This document shows, piece after piece, positions 10,678 to 19,444 of a stretch of 64,000 nt of DNA (position 1 is the stretch's first letter; every line of letters begins with the position of its first letter). Both the position numbers and the translations under genes were made by a program. The stretch is taken from assembly GCA_965220965.1 (NCBI GenBank), contig OZ244852.1:1344001-1408000 (forward strand). Reading direction: 5' to 3'. The notes under the pieces are model-generated. The model ran no database searches. It worked only from the letters and a program-made list of their open reading frames with translations, and was not told where the DNA came from. Source of the stretch: Candidatus Marinacidobacterium sp. (GTDB lineage: Bacteria; Acidobacteriota; Vicinamibacteria; Marinacidobacterales; Marinacidobacteraceae).

Positions 10678-11628
10678 TCAGCGGCCGGCGGCCTGATGTC
10701 CGGCCGCGAGCGCTTCCTCCGACGTCACGATGAAGACCCGGAAGCCCTGCTCGATCCGCTCGGCGATGTCCTGGGGGCCCGCGGTGATTCCGCAGGGGAC
10801 GCCCGCTTCCACGCAGGCGGCGAGGACCGTCTGGATCGCCGCCTCGACCGCCTCCATGTCTCCCTCGTAGGCCCGGCGCAGATCTCCGGGGCCGGGGAAG
10901 ACGATGCTCACTCCCGGCGTGCTCGCGATCTCGAGAGCGTTCTCCACGCCCACCTGATCCTCGATGAGCAGCATGTTCACCAGCTCTCCGTCGGGGTGCG
11001 CGGGCCAGACATCGGCGCGGGCGGCGTACTCGGCCTCCGACACGCCGAACTGGCGAGCCGCGCCCGCCGCCGGCGCGCCCCGCAGCCCTCCCGCGGACTG
11101 CGGCCGCATCGAAGCCACCGCGTGCGCCGCCTCCCCGGCCGTCTCGACATGCGGGAAGACGATGCCGTAGACCCCGGCGTCGAGCCCGGCCGCGGTGCGC
11201 TCGGCGGCCTCATCCATTCCGTCGCGGATCGGGGGAATCCGCAGGACGAGCGGATGGGAGTTGTCGGGTCCTCGTCCGTCCGGCGCGGAGAGCGCCTCCT
11301 GATAGGCCTCCATCGTCGGGATGTCGAAGGGACCGGTCTCCATCGAGTAGAAGACGAAGTCCGTCAGTTCGAGACCGGCGCGCTGGCTCGCGCTCTCCGG
11401 GGTCTGTTCGCCCGAGAAGACTCCGAAGACGACCTCACCGGCTTCGAGCAGCGTGACGATCCGGTTCCACCGGGCCGGATCCTCCGCAGCCGGCGCCGCC
11501 TCCATGTCCGACGCGTCGTCGGAGGCGGAATCCCCCGCCGGGCCGCCGCACGCGGCGCCCGCAAGGGGAAGGACCGCGGCGAGGAGCGCCGCGGCGGGGA
11601 ACCGCGAAGTGGTCGATGTCTCCGGCAC
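10678..11628 (-). CDS. HpcH/HpaI aldolase-fold protein with a lipoprotein-type signal
   Basis: GIVFPHVETA, LLIED and FPGPGDL motifs; N-terminal LPLAGAAC-GG. Confidence 0.75.
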   Translation of the reverse strand: MPETSTTSRFPAAALLAAVLPLAGAACGGPAGDSASDDASDMEAAPAAEDPARWNRIVTLLEAGEVVFGVFSGEQTPESASQRAGLELTDFVFYSMETGPFDIPTMEAYQEALSAPDGRGPDNSHPLVLRIPPIRDGMDEAAERTAAGLDAGVYGIVFPHVETAGEAAHAVASMRPQSAGGLRGAPAAGAARQFGVSEAEYAARADVWPAHPDGELVNMLLIEDQVGVENALEIASTPGVSIVFPGPGDLRRAYEGDMEAVEAAIQTVLAACVEAGVPCGITAGPQDIAERIEQGFRVFIVTSEEALAAGHQAAGR

Positions 11629-11828
11629 AGGGAACTCCTGGCGATGCAGCCTTGAACAGCCTGTTGGCCGGACTATCCTATGCGTCGTCCGGGCGTGGAA
11701 CCAGCGCCCCGGCCCCTCGCGATTCTTCGGTCGCCCTGTTGGCGTCGAAGCCCTTCCGCGCCGCGGCGCCTTCCGGAGTCGGACCTCCGCAGGACGGCCG
11801 GCGCGCGACCCATGGAGACCTTCGCATC

Positions 11829-12329
11829 ATGGCGAGCGTCAAGCTCGGCGGAACCCCCGTCGCCATCTCCGGCCAGCTCCCCTCCCCCGGAGACCCCGCC
11901 CCGGCGTTCACGCTCACCGGCGGCGACCTCGACGACATCTCGCTGGCCGACTTCGCCGGGAAGAAGCTGCTGCTGAACATCTTCCCGAGCGTGGACACCC
12001 CGGTCTGCGCCGCTTCCGTTCGCCGGTTCAACGAGGCGGCCGCCGCGCTCGAAGGCGTCGATGTCCTGTGTGTTTCCTGCGACCTGCCGTTCGCCCAGGC
12101 GCGGTTTTGCGCCGCGGAGGAGATCGAGGGCGTCCGCTGCGCCTCCGAAATGCGCGGAGACGGGTTCGGAGCGGCCTACGGAGTCCGCATCACCGAAGGG
12201 AAGCTCGCCGGGATCTTCGCTCGCGCCGTCGTCGTGGTGGGCGAGGACGGTCGGGTCGTCCACTCGGAACTCGTGCCGGAAATCACCCAGGAACCCGACT
12301 ACGACGCCGCCCTGGCGGCGTGTCGGTAA
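11829..12329 (+). CDS. tpx: Thiol peroxidase (atypical 2-Cys peroxiredoxin)
   Basis: FPSVDTPVC, DLPFAQARFC and EPDYDAAL motifs. Confidence 0.93.
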   Translation: MASVKLGGTPVAISGQLPSPGDPAPAFTLTGGDLDDISLADFAGKKLLLNIFPSVDTPVCAASVRRFNEAAAALEGVDVLCVSCDLPFAQARFCAAEEIEGVRCASEMRGDGFGAAYGVRITEGKLAGIFARAVVVVGEDGRVVHSELVPEITQEPDYDAALAACR

Positions 12330-12490
12330 CCGTCCCAGGCCCCCTGCCCGGACGCGCCAGCGGCGCCGCCGCGCCCCGTCGGAAGGCCGTCCCGATGTTA
12401 CAATTTGGCGGAACTCGCGGGGATTTCAGGTGTTTGTCGCCTGCCGGATCTCCGTCGCTCTCCCGCCGTAACCGCTGCTGAATCAATAAC

Positions 12491-13219
12491 TTGACCGAGG
12501 CTCACGACGGTTCGGCGGACCCCGAACTCCAGACCGACTCCATCTCCGACGAGGACGAGGCGCTGGACGAATACGACGGGGACGAGGAAGCGGTCGCTGC
12601 TGACGAGGAGGACTCCGAACCGGGGCCCGGCGGGTTCCGGTCGGGGGACTTCGTCTTCTATCCCCAGATCGGCCACTGCGACGTTGGGGATGTCATCGAG
12701 GACGCTTCGACCGGGCTCGAACTGCTCGAGCTGACGCCCAACGACTCCCAGGCCGGAAACCGCATCCTGGTCCCGGTGGGTCAGGTGGGGTCCCGCGGGA
12801 TCCGGCTCGCCGGGGACCCGCAGGGCAAGATCGATGAAATCCTGGGCTCGGACTTCGAGCCCACGATCGAGGACGCCTCGGAACGGCTCGACCTGATCAC
12901 CGCGCAGGAGCGCGAGGGGACGGTCGAGAGCCTCACGCTGGCGCTGAAGCGGCTCCACCTCCGGCACGAGATGAAGACGGCCAGCCGGGAGGAGGAGAAG
13001 CGGCGCGCCAGGATCCGCAAGTGGCTGGTGCAGGACCACATGGCCGAGAACGCAAGCACGAGCGGCCAGGCCCAGGCGGCGATCACCCGGCTCCTCGGCG
13101 CCGCGATGCGCGCGGTCCGGGAGCGCGAGCGGGAAGCCGCCCGCGAACGTCGGCGGCAGGAGCGCGCCGAGCGAAAGGCGGAGGCCGAGCGCCGGCGTCG
13201 ACGCCGCGCCCGCACCTGA
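12491..13219 (+). CDS. CarD-like transcription factor with acidic N-terminal and Arg-rich C-terminal extensions
   Basis: FRSGDFVFYPQIGHCDV resembles the CarD RID start; ILVPV...GIRL. Confidence 0.65.
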   Translation: MTEAHDGSADPELQTDSISDEDEALDEYDGDEEAVAADEEDSEPGPGGFRSGDFVFYPQIGHCDVGDVIEDASTGLELLELTPNDSQAGNRILVPVGQVGSRGIRLAGDPQGKIDEILGSDFEPTIEDASERLDLITAQEREGTVESLTLALKRLHLRHEMKTASREEEKRRARIRKWLVQDHMAENASTSGQAQAAITRLLGAAMRAVREREREAARERRRQERAERKAEAERRRRRRART

Positions 13220-13239
13220 TTCCGTCTGCCGGAGCCAGT

Positions 13240-13284
13240 CCGGTCGGAAGATCCCCGGTCGGCAAATGCCCAATCGGAAAATGC
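13240..13284 (+). repeat. 3 x 15-bp imperfect tandem repeat
   Basis: CCGGTCGGAAGATCC / CCGGTCGGCAAATGC / CCAATCGGAAAATGC. Confidence 0.6.
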
Positions 13285-13294
13285 CAGTCGCGCG

Positions 13295-14875
13295 GTGACC
13301 GGCCGCCCTCCGGGGCTGTTTTCTTCCCCGAAGACCCCGCCGCCGCCTGAACCCCCGATCCGCGACTCACCCGGCGAGCGGAGTCGCGCGCCGTCCCCGC
13401 CGCACCGTTACTCGGTCCGGGAGTTGAACCGTCGGATCGCCGAGACCCTGACCGACGCGTTCCCGCGCGAGTTGTGGCTCGAGGGCGAACTCTCGGAAGT
13501 TCATGGCGGCCGCGGCGGCCACCTCTATCTGACCTTCGCCGAGGCCAAGGAGACGCTCAGGGCGGTGGCGTGGGCGAGCGACGCCCGCCACTTCGGGTTC
13601 GTTCCGGCCCGCGGCGACCGGGTGCGGGTGCGGGGGCGCGTCCGGACCTACGCCCCCCGGAGCCAGTACCAGCTCATCGTCTCCCGCGTGGAGCGGACCG
13701 GGACCGGGGAACTGCTTCTCGCCCTGCGGGAACTGGAGGAGCGCCTCGAGGCGGAAGGTCTGTTCGCCCCGGAACGAAAGCGTCCCCCGCCATTCCTCCC
13801 GCGCCGCATCGGGCTGCTGGCGGCGAAGGGAAGCGAGGCGCACCGCGACTTCGTGACGCACGCGCGCGCCCGCTTCCCGGGGATCGCGATCCGGTTCCGG
13901 GATACGCGGGTCCAGGGGCCGATGGCGGTTCGTTCGCTGGTGACCGGCCTGCGTGAGCTGGCCCGGGCCGGAGTGGACCTGATCGTCCTGACGCGTGGCG
14001 GCGGATCGGTGGAGGACCTGCTGCCCTTCAGCGACGAGGCCGTCGTCCGCGCCGCGGCGGCGTGTCCCACGCCGGTGGTGAGCGCGGTGGGGCATGAAGG
14101 CGACCGCCCGCTCCTCGACCGCGCTGCGGACGTTCGGGCGAGCACGCCCACCGCGGCGGCGAAGGAGGTCGTCCCGGAACTCGAGGACCTGATCGCCGAG
14201 CTGAGCGACCGTCGGGAATCGGCGCGGACCGCGGCGCGCCGGGCCCTGCGGAACGCAGGCCAACGATGCGTCGCCCTCCGCGGGCGCCGGGGCCTGGCCG
14301 CGATCCCGAACTGGATCCGCGCTCAGGTCCAGGACGTCCGCGCCGACAGGAGTCTGGCCCGCGGGACCGTCGCCGAGGCGCTCAGGCTGCGGACCGGACA
14401 ACTCACGCGGATGCGCGACCGGCTCGGACGCCTCGCCCCTGCCCGGCGACTTCAGGACCAGCGGGACGAGCTGCGCGCTCTGCGGGACTCCCTCGCGCGG
14501 CTGCCGCTCCTGGAGCGCCACCGCGCGACCGCCGCGGAGCTGGGCGAAAGGCTTCGCCGCGGGACGGTGGCCCGGTTCGTGGCGGAGCGGATCGATCAGG
14601 TCCAGCGCGAGGGCGAGCGCGCCCGCGGGGTGGCGGCGGGCGCCGTCGGGCGCCGTCAGTCGCAGTGGCGCGAACTCGGCGGCCGGCTCAACGCCCTCGA
14701 TCCCCGGGCCGTGCTCCGGCGCGGGTACTCTCTTGCTCTCGACGCGGAGGGTCGGGCGCTCCGGGCCGCGGAGCAGGCGCGGGTCGAGGACCCGGTGCGG
14801 CTGCTCCTCGGAAGCGGCGCACTGAACGTTCGGGTCGAAGCGGTGCTCCCCGACGCCCCCTCCTCCAACGACTGA
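13295..14875 (+). CDS. xseA: Exodeoxyribonuclease VII large subunit (start uncertain)
   Basis: YSVRELN, GHLY, VQG, RGGGSVEDL, SAVGHEGD, TPTAAA and VLRRGY motifs. Confidence 0.93.
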   Translation: MTGRPPGLFSSPKTPPPPEPPIRDSPGERSRAPSPPHRYSVRELNRRIAETLTDAFPRELWLEGELSEVHGGRGGHLYLTFAEAKETLRAVAWASDARHFGFVPARGDRVRVRGRVRTYAPRSQYQLIVSRVERTGTGELLLALRELEERLEAEGLFAPERKRPPPFLPRRIGLLAAKGSEAHRDFVTHARARFPGIAIRFRDTRVQGPMAVRSLVTGLRELARAGVDLIVLTRGGGSVEDLLPFSDEAVVRAAAACPTPVVSAVGHEGDRPLLDRAADVRASTPTAAAKEVVPELEDLIAELSDRRESARTAARRALRNAGQRCVALRGRRGLAAIPNWIRAQVQDVRADRSLARGTVAEALRLRTGQLTRMRDRLGRLAPARRLQDQRDELRALRDSLARLPLLERHRATAAELGERLRRGTVARFVAERIDQVQREGERARGVAAGAVGRRQSQWRELGGRLNALDPRAVLRRGYSLALDAEGRALRAAEQARVEDPVRLLLGSGALNVRVEAVLPDAPSSND

Positions 14876-15342
14876 TGCCGGACAACGATCAGGGTTCCGC
14901 TTTCGAGGATCTGGAGCGCAGCCTGGGGGAGGCTCTCCGCGAGCTCGAAGACGAAAGCGCCGAGATCCCGCTCGAGCGGAGGGTTGCGCTGCATGCGAAG
15001 GCGGTTCGCCTCCACGCCGCCATGGAGGACGTCCTCGCGGCGGCGGAGAAGGAAGTCAGGCCCGGCGGCGACGGCGAGGCTTCCGAACCGACCGGAGCGG
15101 CGCCCGCCGAACCCTACGAGCAGACGCTCGGCCGACTGAGGGAGACGGTCCGGGAACTCGAACGGGACGACCTGCCGCTGGCGCGGGTGATCGAGCTTCA
15201 CCACCTGGCCGAGGCTCTCACCGGGCGCTGCGAGGCCATCCTGGCCTCGGCGCAGAAGAGACTGGACGACGCGGGGCCCGGCGACGCCCGGCGAAAGGAT
15301 CCGGCGGCGACCGACGCAGATGACGAGCCCGGCCCCTTCTGA
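14875..15342 (+). CDS. xseB: Exodeoxyribonuclease VII small subunit, apparently two tandem XseB domains
   Basis: Lies between xseA and ispA, coupled by TGATG; two XseB-like segments (FEDL...RELEDES..IPLE and YEQTL...RELERDDLPLA). Confidence 0.7.
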   Translation: MPDNDQGSAFEDLERSLGEALRELEDESAEIPLERRVALHAKAVRLHAAMEDVLAAAEKEVRPGGDGEASEPTGAAPAEPYEQTLGRLRETVRELERDDLPLARVIELHHLAEALTGRCEAILASAQKRLDDAGPGDARRKDPAATDADDEPGPF

Positions 15343-16282
15343 GGCGGCGCCCGGATCCGTGGCGGCGCCGGCCGCGGATCTGGACGCGTTCCTGGCCGCC
15401 ACCGCGCGCCAGGTCGAGGCGTTGCTGGATCGGATCCTCCCCGATGGGACCGGGGCCGACGCCGCCGGGACCGGAGCTCCGGCGGCCATCGCCGAGGCGA
15501 TGCGGTACTCGGTCTTCGCTGGGGGAAAGCGCCTTCGTCCGGCGGTCGTGCTGGCTTCGGCGCGCGCCGTCGGCGGCCGCCCGGAGGACGCGCTGCCGGC
15601 GGCGGCCGCCGTCGAAATGGTCCATACCTACTCGCTGATCCACGACGATCTGCCCTGCATGGACGACGACGATCTCCGGCGCGGCCAGCCCACGTCGCAC
15701 GTGCGGTTCGGCGAGCCGCTGGCGATCCTCGCCGGAGACGCCCTCCACGCCCAGGCGTTCGAAGTCCTTGCGAGCGCCGCGCTTCCGGCCGCGGCGCGCC
15801 TCGAATCGCTCCGGCGGCTGGCGGCGGCGATCGGGCCGGGAGGCATGGTCGGGGGACAGGTTCTCGACCTGGAGGCGGAGGAGCGCTTCCCTGAAGCGCG
15901 GGGGCTCGAGCGGATCCACCGGAAGAAGACCGGGGCGCTCTTCGGCGCGGCCGCCGCGCTCGGAGCGCTCGCCGGCGGCGCGAACCGGAACGGGGTGGAC
16001 GCGCTCGAGACGTTCGGCCGCGAGTTGGGGCTCCTGTTCCAGATCGTGGACGATCTCCTCGACGACGAAGCCAGCACGACGGCGCTCGGCAAGTCCGCCG
16101 GAAAGGACCGGGCGGCCGGGAAGGCCACTTACCTCGCGATCCATGGCCGCGCCGGCGCCCACCGCGAGGCGGAGCGCCGGGCCGAGGCGGCGGGGGCGTG
16201 TCTTGGCGGGGCGCCGGTGTCCGGCGATGGCGCCCGCCTCCTCGCCGCGCTCGTGGAGCGGGTCCTCCACCGCGAGTCCTGA
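15320..16282 (+). CDS. ispA: Farnesyl/geranylgeranyl diphosphate synthase
   Basis: GGKRLRP, SLIHDDLPCMDDDDLRRG, FQIVDDLLD and GKDxxxGKATY motifs. Confidence 0.93.
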   Translation: MTSPAPSEAAPGSVAAPAADLDAFLAATARQVEALLDRILPDGTGADAAGTGAPAAIAEAMRYSVFAGGKRLRPAVVLASARAVGGRPEDALPAAAAVEMVHTYSLIHDDLPCMDDDDLRRGQPTSHVRFGEPLAILAGDALHAQAFEVLASAALPAAARLESLRRLAAAIGPGGMVGGQVLDLEAEERFPEARGLERIHRKKTGALFGAAAALGALAGGANRNGVDALETFGRELGLLFQIVDDLLDDEASTTALGKSAGKDRAAGKATYLAIHGRAGAHREAERRAEAAGACLGGAPVSGDGARLLAALVERVLHRES

Positions 16283-16296
16283 GGAGGCTGCTAGAA

Positions 16297-17280
16297 GTGC
16301 CGGGAAACGAGACGGGCCGTCGGCGGTCGCGGAGGACGGATCCCGATCCGGCGCGGTTCCGGCTCCCGACCGACCGCCCGGCCCGCATCGGGATCGCCGC
16401 CAAGCTCAGGACCCCGGAGATCGAGGAGACCTGTCGGGGGCTCACCGGCTGGCTGCGGGGACGAGGCGTCGAGCTGACGCTCGAAGACGGGCTCCGGGAC
16501 CTGCTCGATGAGGACTTCCACGCCGTCCCCCGTCAGGAGATCGGCGCGGGTCAGGACCTCGTCATCCTGCTGGGAGGAGACGGGACGCTCCTCTCGGTCG
16601 CGCGGGCGATGGGCCGCCGTCAGGTCCCGATCTTCGGGGTGAACCTGGGGAGCCTGGGTTTCCTCACGACCGCTCCCCTCGACCGGCTCTACACCGGACT
16701 CGAGCGGATCCTCGCCGGAGCGGGGATCCTGAACGAACGCGCCATGCTCTCGGCGCGCCTCGTCCGGAACGGTGAGGTCGCCCGCGAGGAGCTCGCGGTG
16801 AACGACGTCGTCATCACCGGCGGCTCGATCGCCCGGGTGCTCGAGGTGCGGATCACCACCAGCCAGGGCTTCGTGGCGACCGTCCTCGGCGACGGGGTGA
16901 TCGTGGCCACGCCGACCGGATCCACCGCCTACAACCTGGGGGCGGGAGGGCCGGTGGTCCATCCGGGAGTGGAGGCGATCGTGCTGGCGCCCATCGTTCC
17001 CCTGACCCTCGCGCAGCGACCCATGGTGTTCCCCGACTCGGTGGAGCTGGTGCTGACGCTCCAGAACAAGGGCCGCGAAGTCCGCGCCACCTTCGACGGA
17101 CAGGCGAGCGAACCGATGCTCCCGAGCGACAGCCTGCGGGTCGGCAGGTCGGATGTCCGGCTGCGGCTGCTTCGCCTTCCGGAACAGAACTACTTCCGCG
17201 TCCTGCGGAAGAAGCTGCTCTGGGCGGCGCTCCCCCCGAAACGCGGCAAGACCAACCCCCCCACCCCACCAGACCCCTGA
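16297..17280 (+). CDS. nadK: NAD kinase (start approximate)
   Basis: LGGDGTLL, GVNLGSLGFL, ND and DGVIVATPTGSTAYNLGAGGP motifs. Confidence 0.92.
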   Translation: MPGNETGRRRSRRTDPDPARFRLPTDRPARIGIAAKLRTPEIEETCRGLTGWLRGRGVELTLEDGLRDLLDEDFHAVPRQEIGAGQDLVILLGGDGTLLSVARAMGRRQVPIFGVNLGSLGFLTTAPLDRLYTGLERILAGAGILNERAMLSARLVRNGEVAREELAVNDVVITGGSIARVLEVRITTSQGFVATVLGDGVIVATPTGSTAYNLGAGGPVVHPGVEAIVLAPIVPLTLAQRPMVFPDSVELVLTLQNKGREVRATFDGQASEPMLPSDSLRVGRSDVRLRLLRLPEQNYFRVLRKKLLWAALPPKRGKTNPPTPPDP

Positions 17281-17286
17281 GCTTGC

Positions 17287-17617
17287 GCGGTGTGGGAGAG
17301 GGGGCGTAGGTCTCTCACCTTCGTCACCGTGATCGGACTACGGTTCTGAGCCCCCTCCCCCACACCGCACGGCCCTACGGGCCGTAAATCGGAACTTGCT
17401 GCGCCAAGTTCCGATTTGAACGTACCAATCTGGGGAGGGGGTTCCCCCCTCCCCGCCCCACCCCCGGGTAGATCACCCGGCGCGCCAGAGAGGGCGTCGG
17501 TTCTCATCGTCGCCGCCAAGATCGGCGAACCCCTCCCTCATTGCACGGCCCTGCGAGCCGTAAGTCGGAACTTCCTGCGCCAAGTCCCGATTTGAGCGTA
17601 CGAATCTCGGGAGAGGG
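17287..17617. repeat. REP-like palindromic cluster between convergent genes
   Basis: 19-bp stem 17287-17305/17350-17368; ~75-bp direct repeat at 17367-17440 and 17543-17617, each with an AA(A/G)TCGGAACTT...AAGT(T/C)CCGATTT hairpin. Confidence 0.7.
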
Positions 17618-17779
17618 AACCCCGGGGCCCTCATCGGGAGAACTTCCCTCCCCCGAGGCGTCAAGGGTTGCGCAACCCGTTTACGCAATCCGAGTCACCG
17701 CCCCCTGGTTGGTAACAGTGCTCGAGCGCGCGATGGATTCGAGGATCCGGTCGAGGGCAGGCCGGGGGCGTGCGCTCGA

Positions 17780-18817
17780 TCAGTGTTGCAGGTTGTTGAT
17801 CACTCGAAACACGCCGGGGGTGGAGCGCGCGATGGACTCGAGGATCCGGGCCTCGAGGGCGCTCCGGACGAAGCCGGTCAGCGCCACGACCCCGCGCGAG
17901 ACGATGATGTGGATCGGCGGGTTCACCTGGTTCGCCCGGTCCGAGAAGCGGGGGTCCCGGTAGATCCGGAAGTAGAGCGCACGGCGCAGATCCTGGTCGT
18001 TGGGCGAGAGCGGCAGGACCTCGATCCGGTTGTCAACGGCGCGGACACCGAAGACCTTCGACACCCGGTTTCCGATCTCGGTCTTCTTGAAGGGCTCGGT
18101 CACCGCCCCGAAGAGCACCACGTCCCGCTCCCCCTCGAGCCCGAAGTTGATGTCGTCGAACACCGTGTAGTAGGAGTAGCGGAGCACCGCGCGCCGGACG
18201 CCCTCGATGAGGTCCTCCTGGCTTTCCGGCTCGGCGACTTCGATGTCCGGGTCCACCGCGACGACGCCCTCGACCCCGCGGGCGCTCTCCATGACCTCCC
18301 CCCACTCCCAGGCGTTCGCCACCTGACCGGTGAGGCGCACCACGCCGGCCTCCACGACGACCTGAGGGGGATTCGCCTCCAGATCGACGTCCCCGAGCGC
18401 GGCTTCGACCTCGGCGCGCACCGCGTCATCCGGCCGCGTGGGGGCGGCGGCCGAGACCGGCCCGGCGGGCGGGTCGCCTTCACCCGCGCCTTGGGAGGCT
18501 CCTTCCGCCTCGGCGTCCCCCTCCTCGTCTTCCGGGTCCGGCTCGAGCACGGTGATGTCCGTCTCGACGGCGACCACTCCCTCCTGGAAGAGCGCGATCT
18601 CGACGACCCGCGCCTCGGTGGCGGAATCCAGCACCTCCCCGGTGAGGATCGCGACCCCGTCGCGGACCTCGACCTCGAAGAGGCCGATGGGAAGGTTGGC
18701 CTCCTCGAGCGCCGCCACGATCTCCTGGGTCAGCGCCGTGTCGGATCGCGGCTGGGACGCCAGCGGGGCCGCGATCAGGACCGCGGAAAGGACCATGAGG
18801 ATGCGCATGAGGTTCAA
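17780..18817 (-). CDS. Periplasmic multi-BON-domain protein
   Basis: Signal peptide; repeated V..GVxxLTGxV...GVxxVxNxI BON motifs. Confidence 0.85.
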   Translation of the reverse strand: MNLMRILMVLSAVLIAAPLASQPRSDTALTQEIVAALEEANLPIGLFEVEVRDGVAILTGEVLDSATEARVVEIALFQEGVVAVETDITVLEPDPEDEEGDAEAEGASQGAGEGDPPAGPVSAAAPTRPDDAVRAEVEAALGDVDLEANPPQVVVEAGVVRLTGQVANAWEWGEVMESARGVEGVVAVDPDIEVAEPESQEDLIEGVRRAVLRYSYYTVFDDINFGLEGERDVVLFGAVTEPFKKTEIGNRVSKVFGVRAVDNRIEVLPLSPNDQDLRRALYFRIYRDPRFSDRANQVNPPIHIIVSRGVVALTGFVRSALEARILESIARSTPGVFRVINNLQH

Positions 18818-18890
18818 CCGCCCATTGTTTCGTCTGTCCCGGAGATTGCAACCGCCATGCCGAGCAGTCCGCTGGTAATCTCAGGGCTCC

Positions 18891-19382
18891 GTGAGCGACC
18901 GCCCGCGCCGGTTCTGGCTGATGAAGAGCGAGCCGTCCGACTACAGCCTCGATGACCTCGAGCGCGACGGCCGGACCCACTGGGACGGCGTCCGCAACTT
19001 CAAGGCCCGCAACCTGATGAAGTCGATGGAGGTCGGCGACGGCGTCCTCTTCTACCATTCGAACGCGAAACCCCCGGGGATCGCGGGCGTGGCGCGCGTC
19101 TGCCGGACCGCCTATCCGGACTTCACCCAGTACGATTCGGATTCGAAGTACTTCGATCCCAGGGCCACGACGGAGAAGCCGTGGTGGTACATGGTCGACA
19201 TCGAGTTCGTCTCCCGCTTTCCCCGCGAGATCCCGCTCCCGCTGCTGCGGACGCTCCCCGAAATCGCCGGTATGGCGCTGCTGAAGCGGGGCCAGCGGCT
19301 CTCGGTCCAGCCGGTCTCCGACGAAGAGTGGGAGTTCCTCGTCGACCTCGGGGCCAACCCGCCCGGGGAGTCGCCGTCCTGA
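18891..19382 (+). CDS. EVE domain protein
   Basis: WLMKSEP, WDGVRNFKARN, FYHSN and RLSVQPV motifs. Confidence 0.92.
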   Translation: MSDRPRRFWLMKSEPSDYSLDDLERDGRTHWDGVRNFKARNLMKSMEVGDGVLFYHSNAKPPGIAGVARVCRTAYPDFTQYDSDSKYFDPRATTEKPWWYMVDIEFVSRFPREIPLPLLRTLPEIAGMALLKRGQRLSVQPVSDEEWEFLVDLGANPPGESPS

Positions 19383-19444
19383 CCCGCCGAGGCCTCGCCC
19401 CGGTGGGCTCCACCTTCCCGCTATCGGCGACCCGGAGGTTCCTG

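Noticed and set aside
17724-17860. DGR template/variable repeat pair
   Set aside because: Too short, only one substitution plus an indel, and no reverse transcriptase in the window
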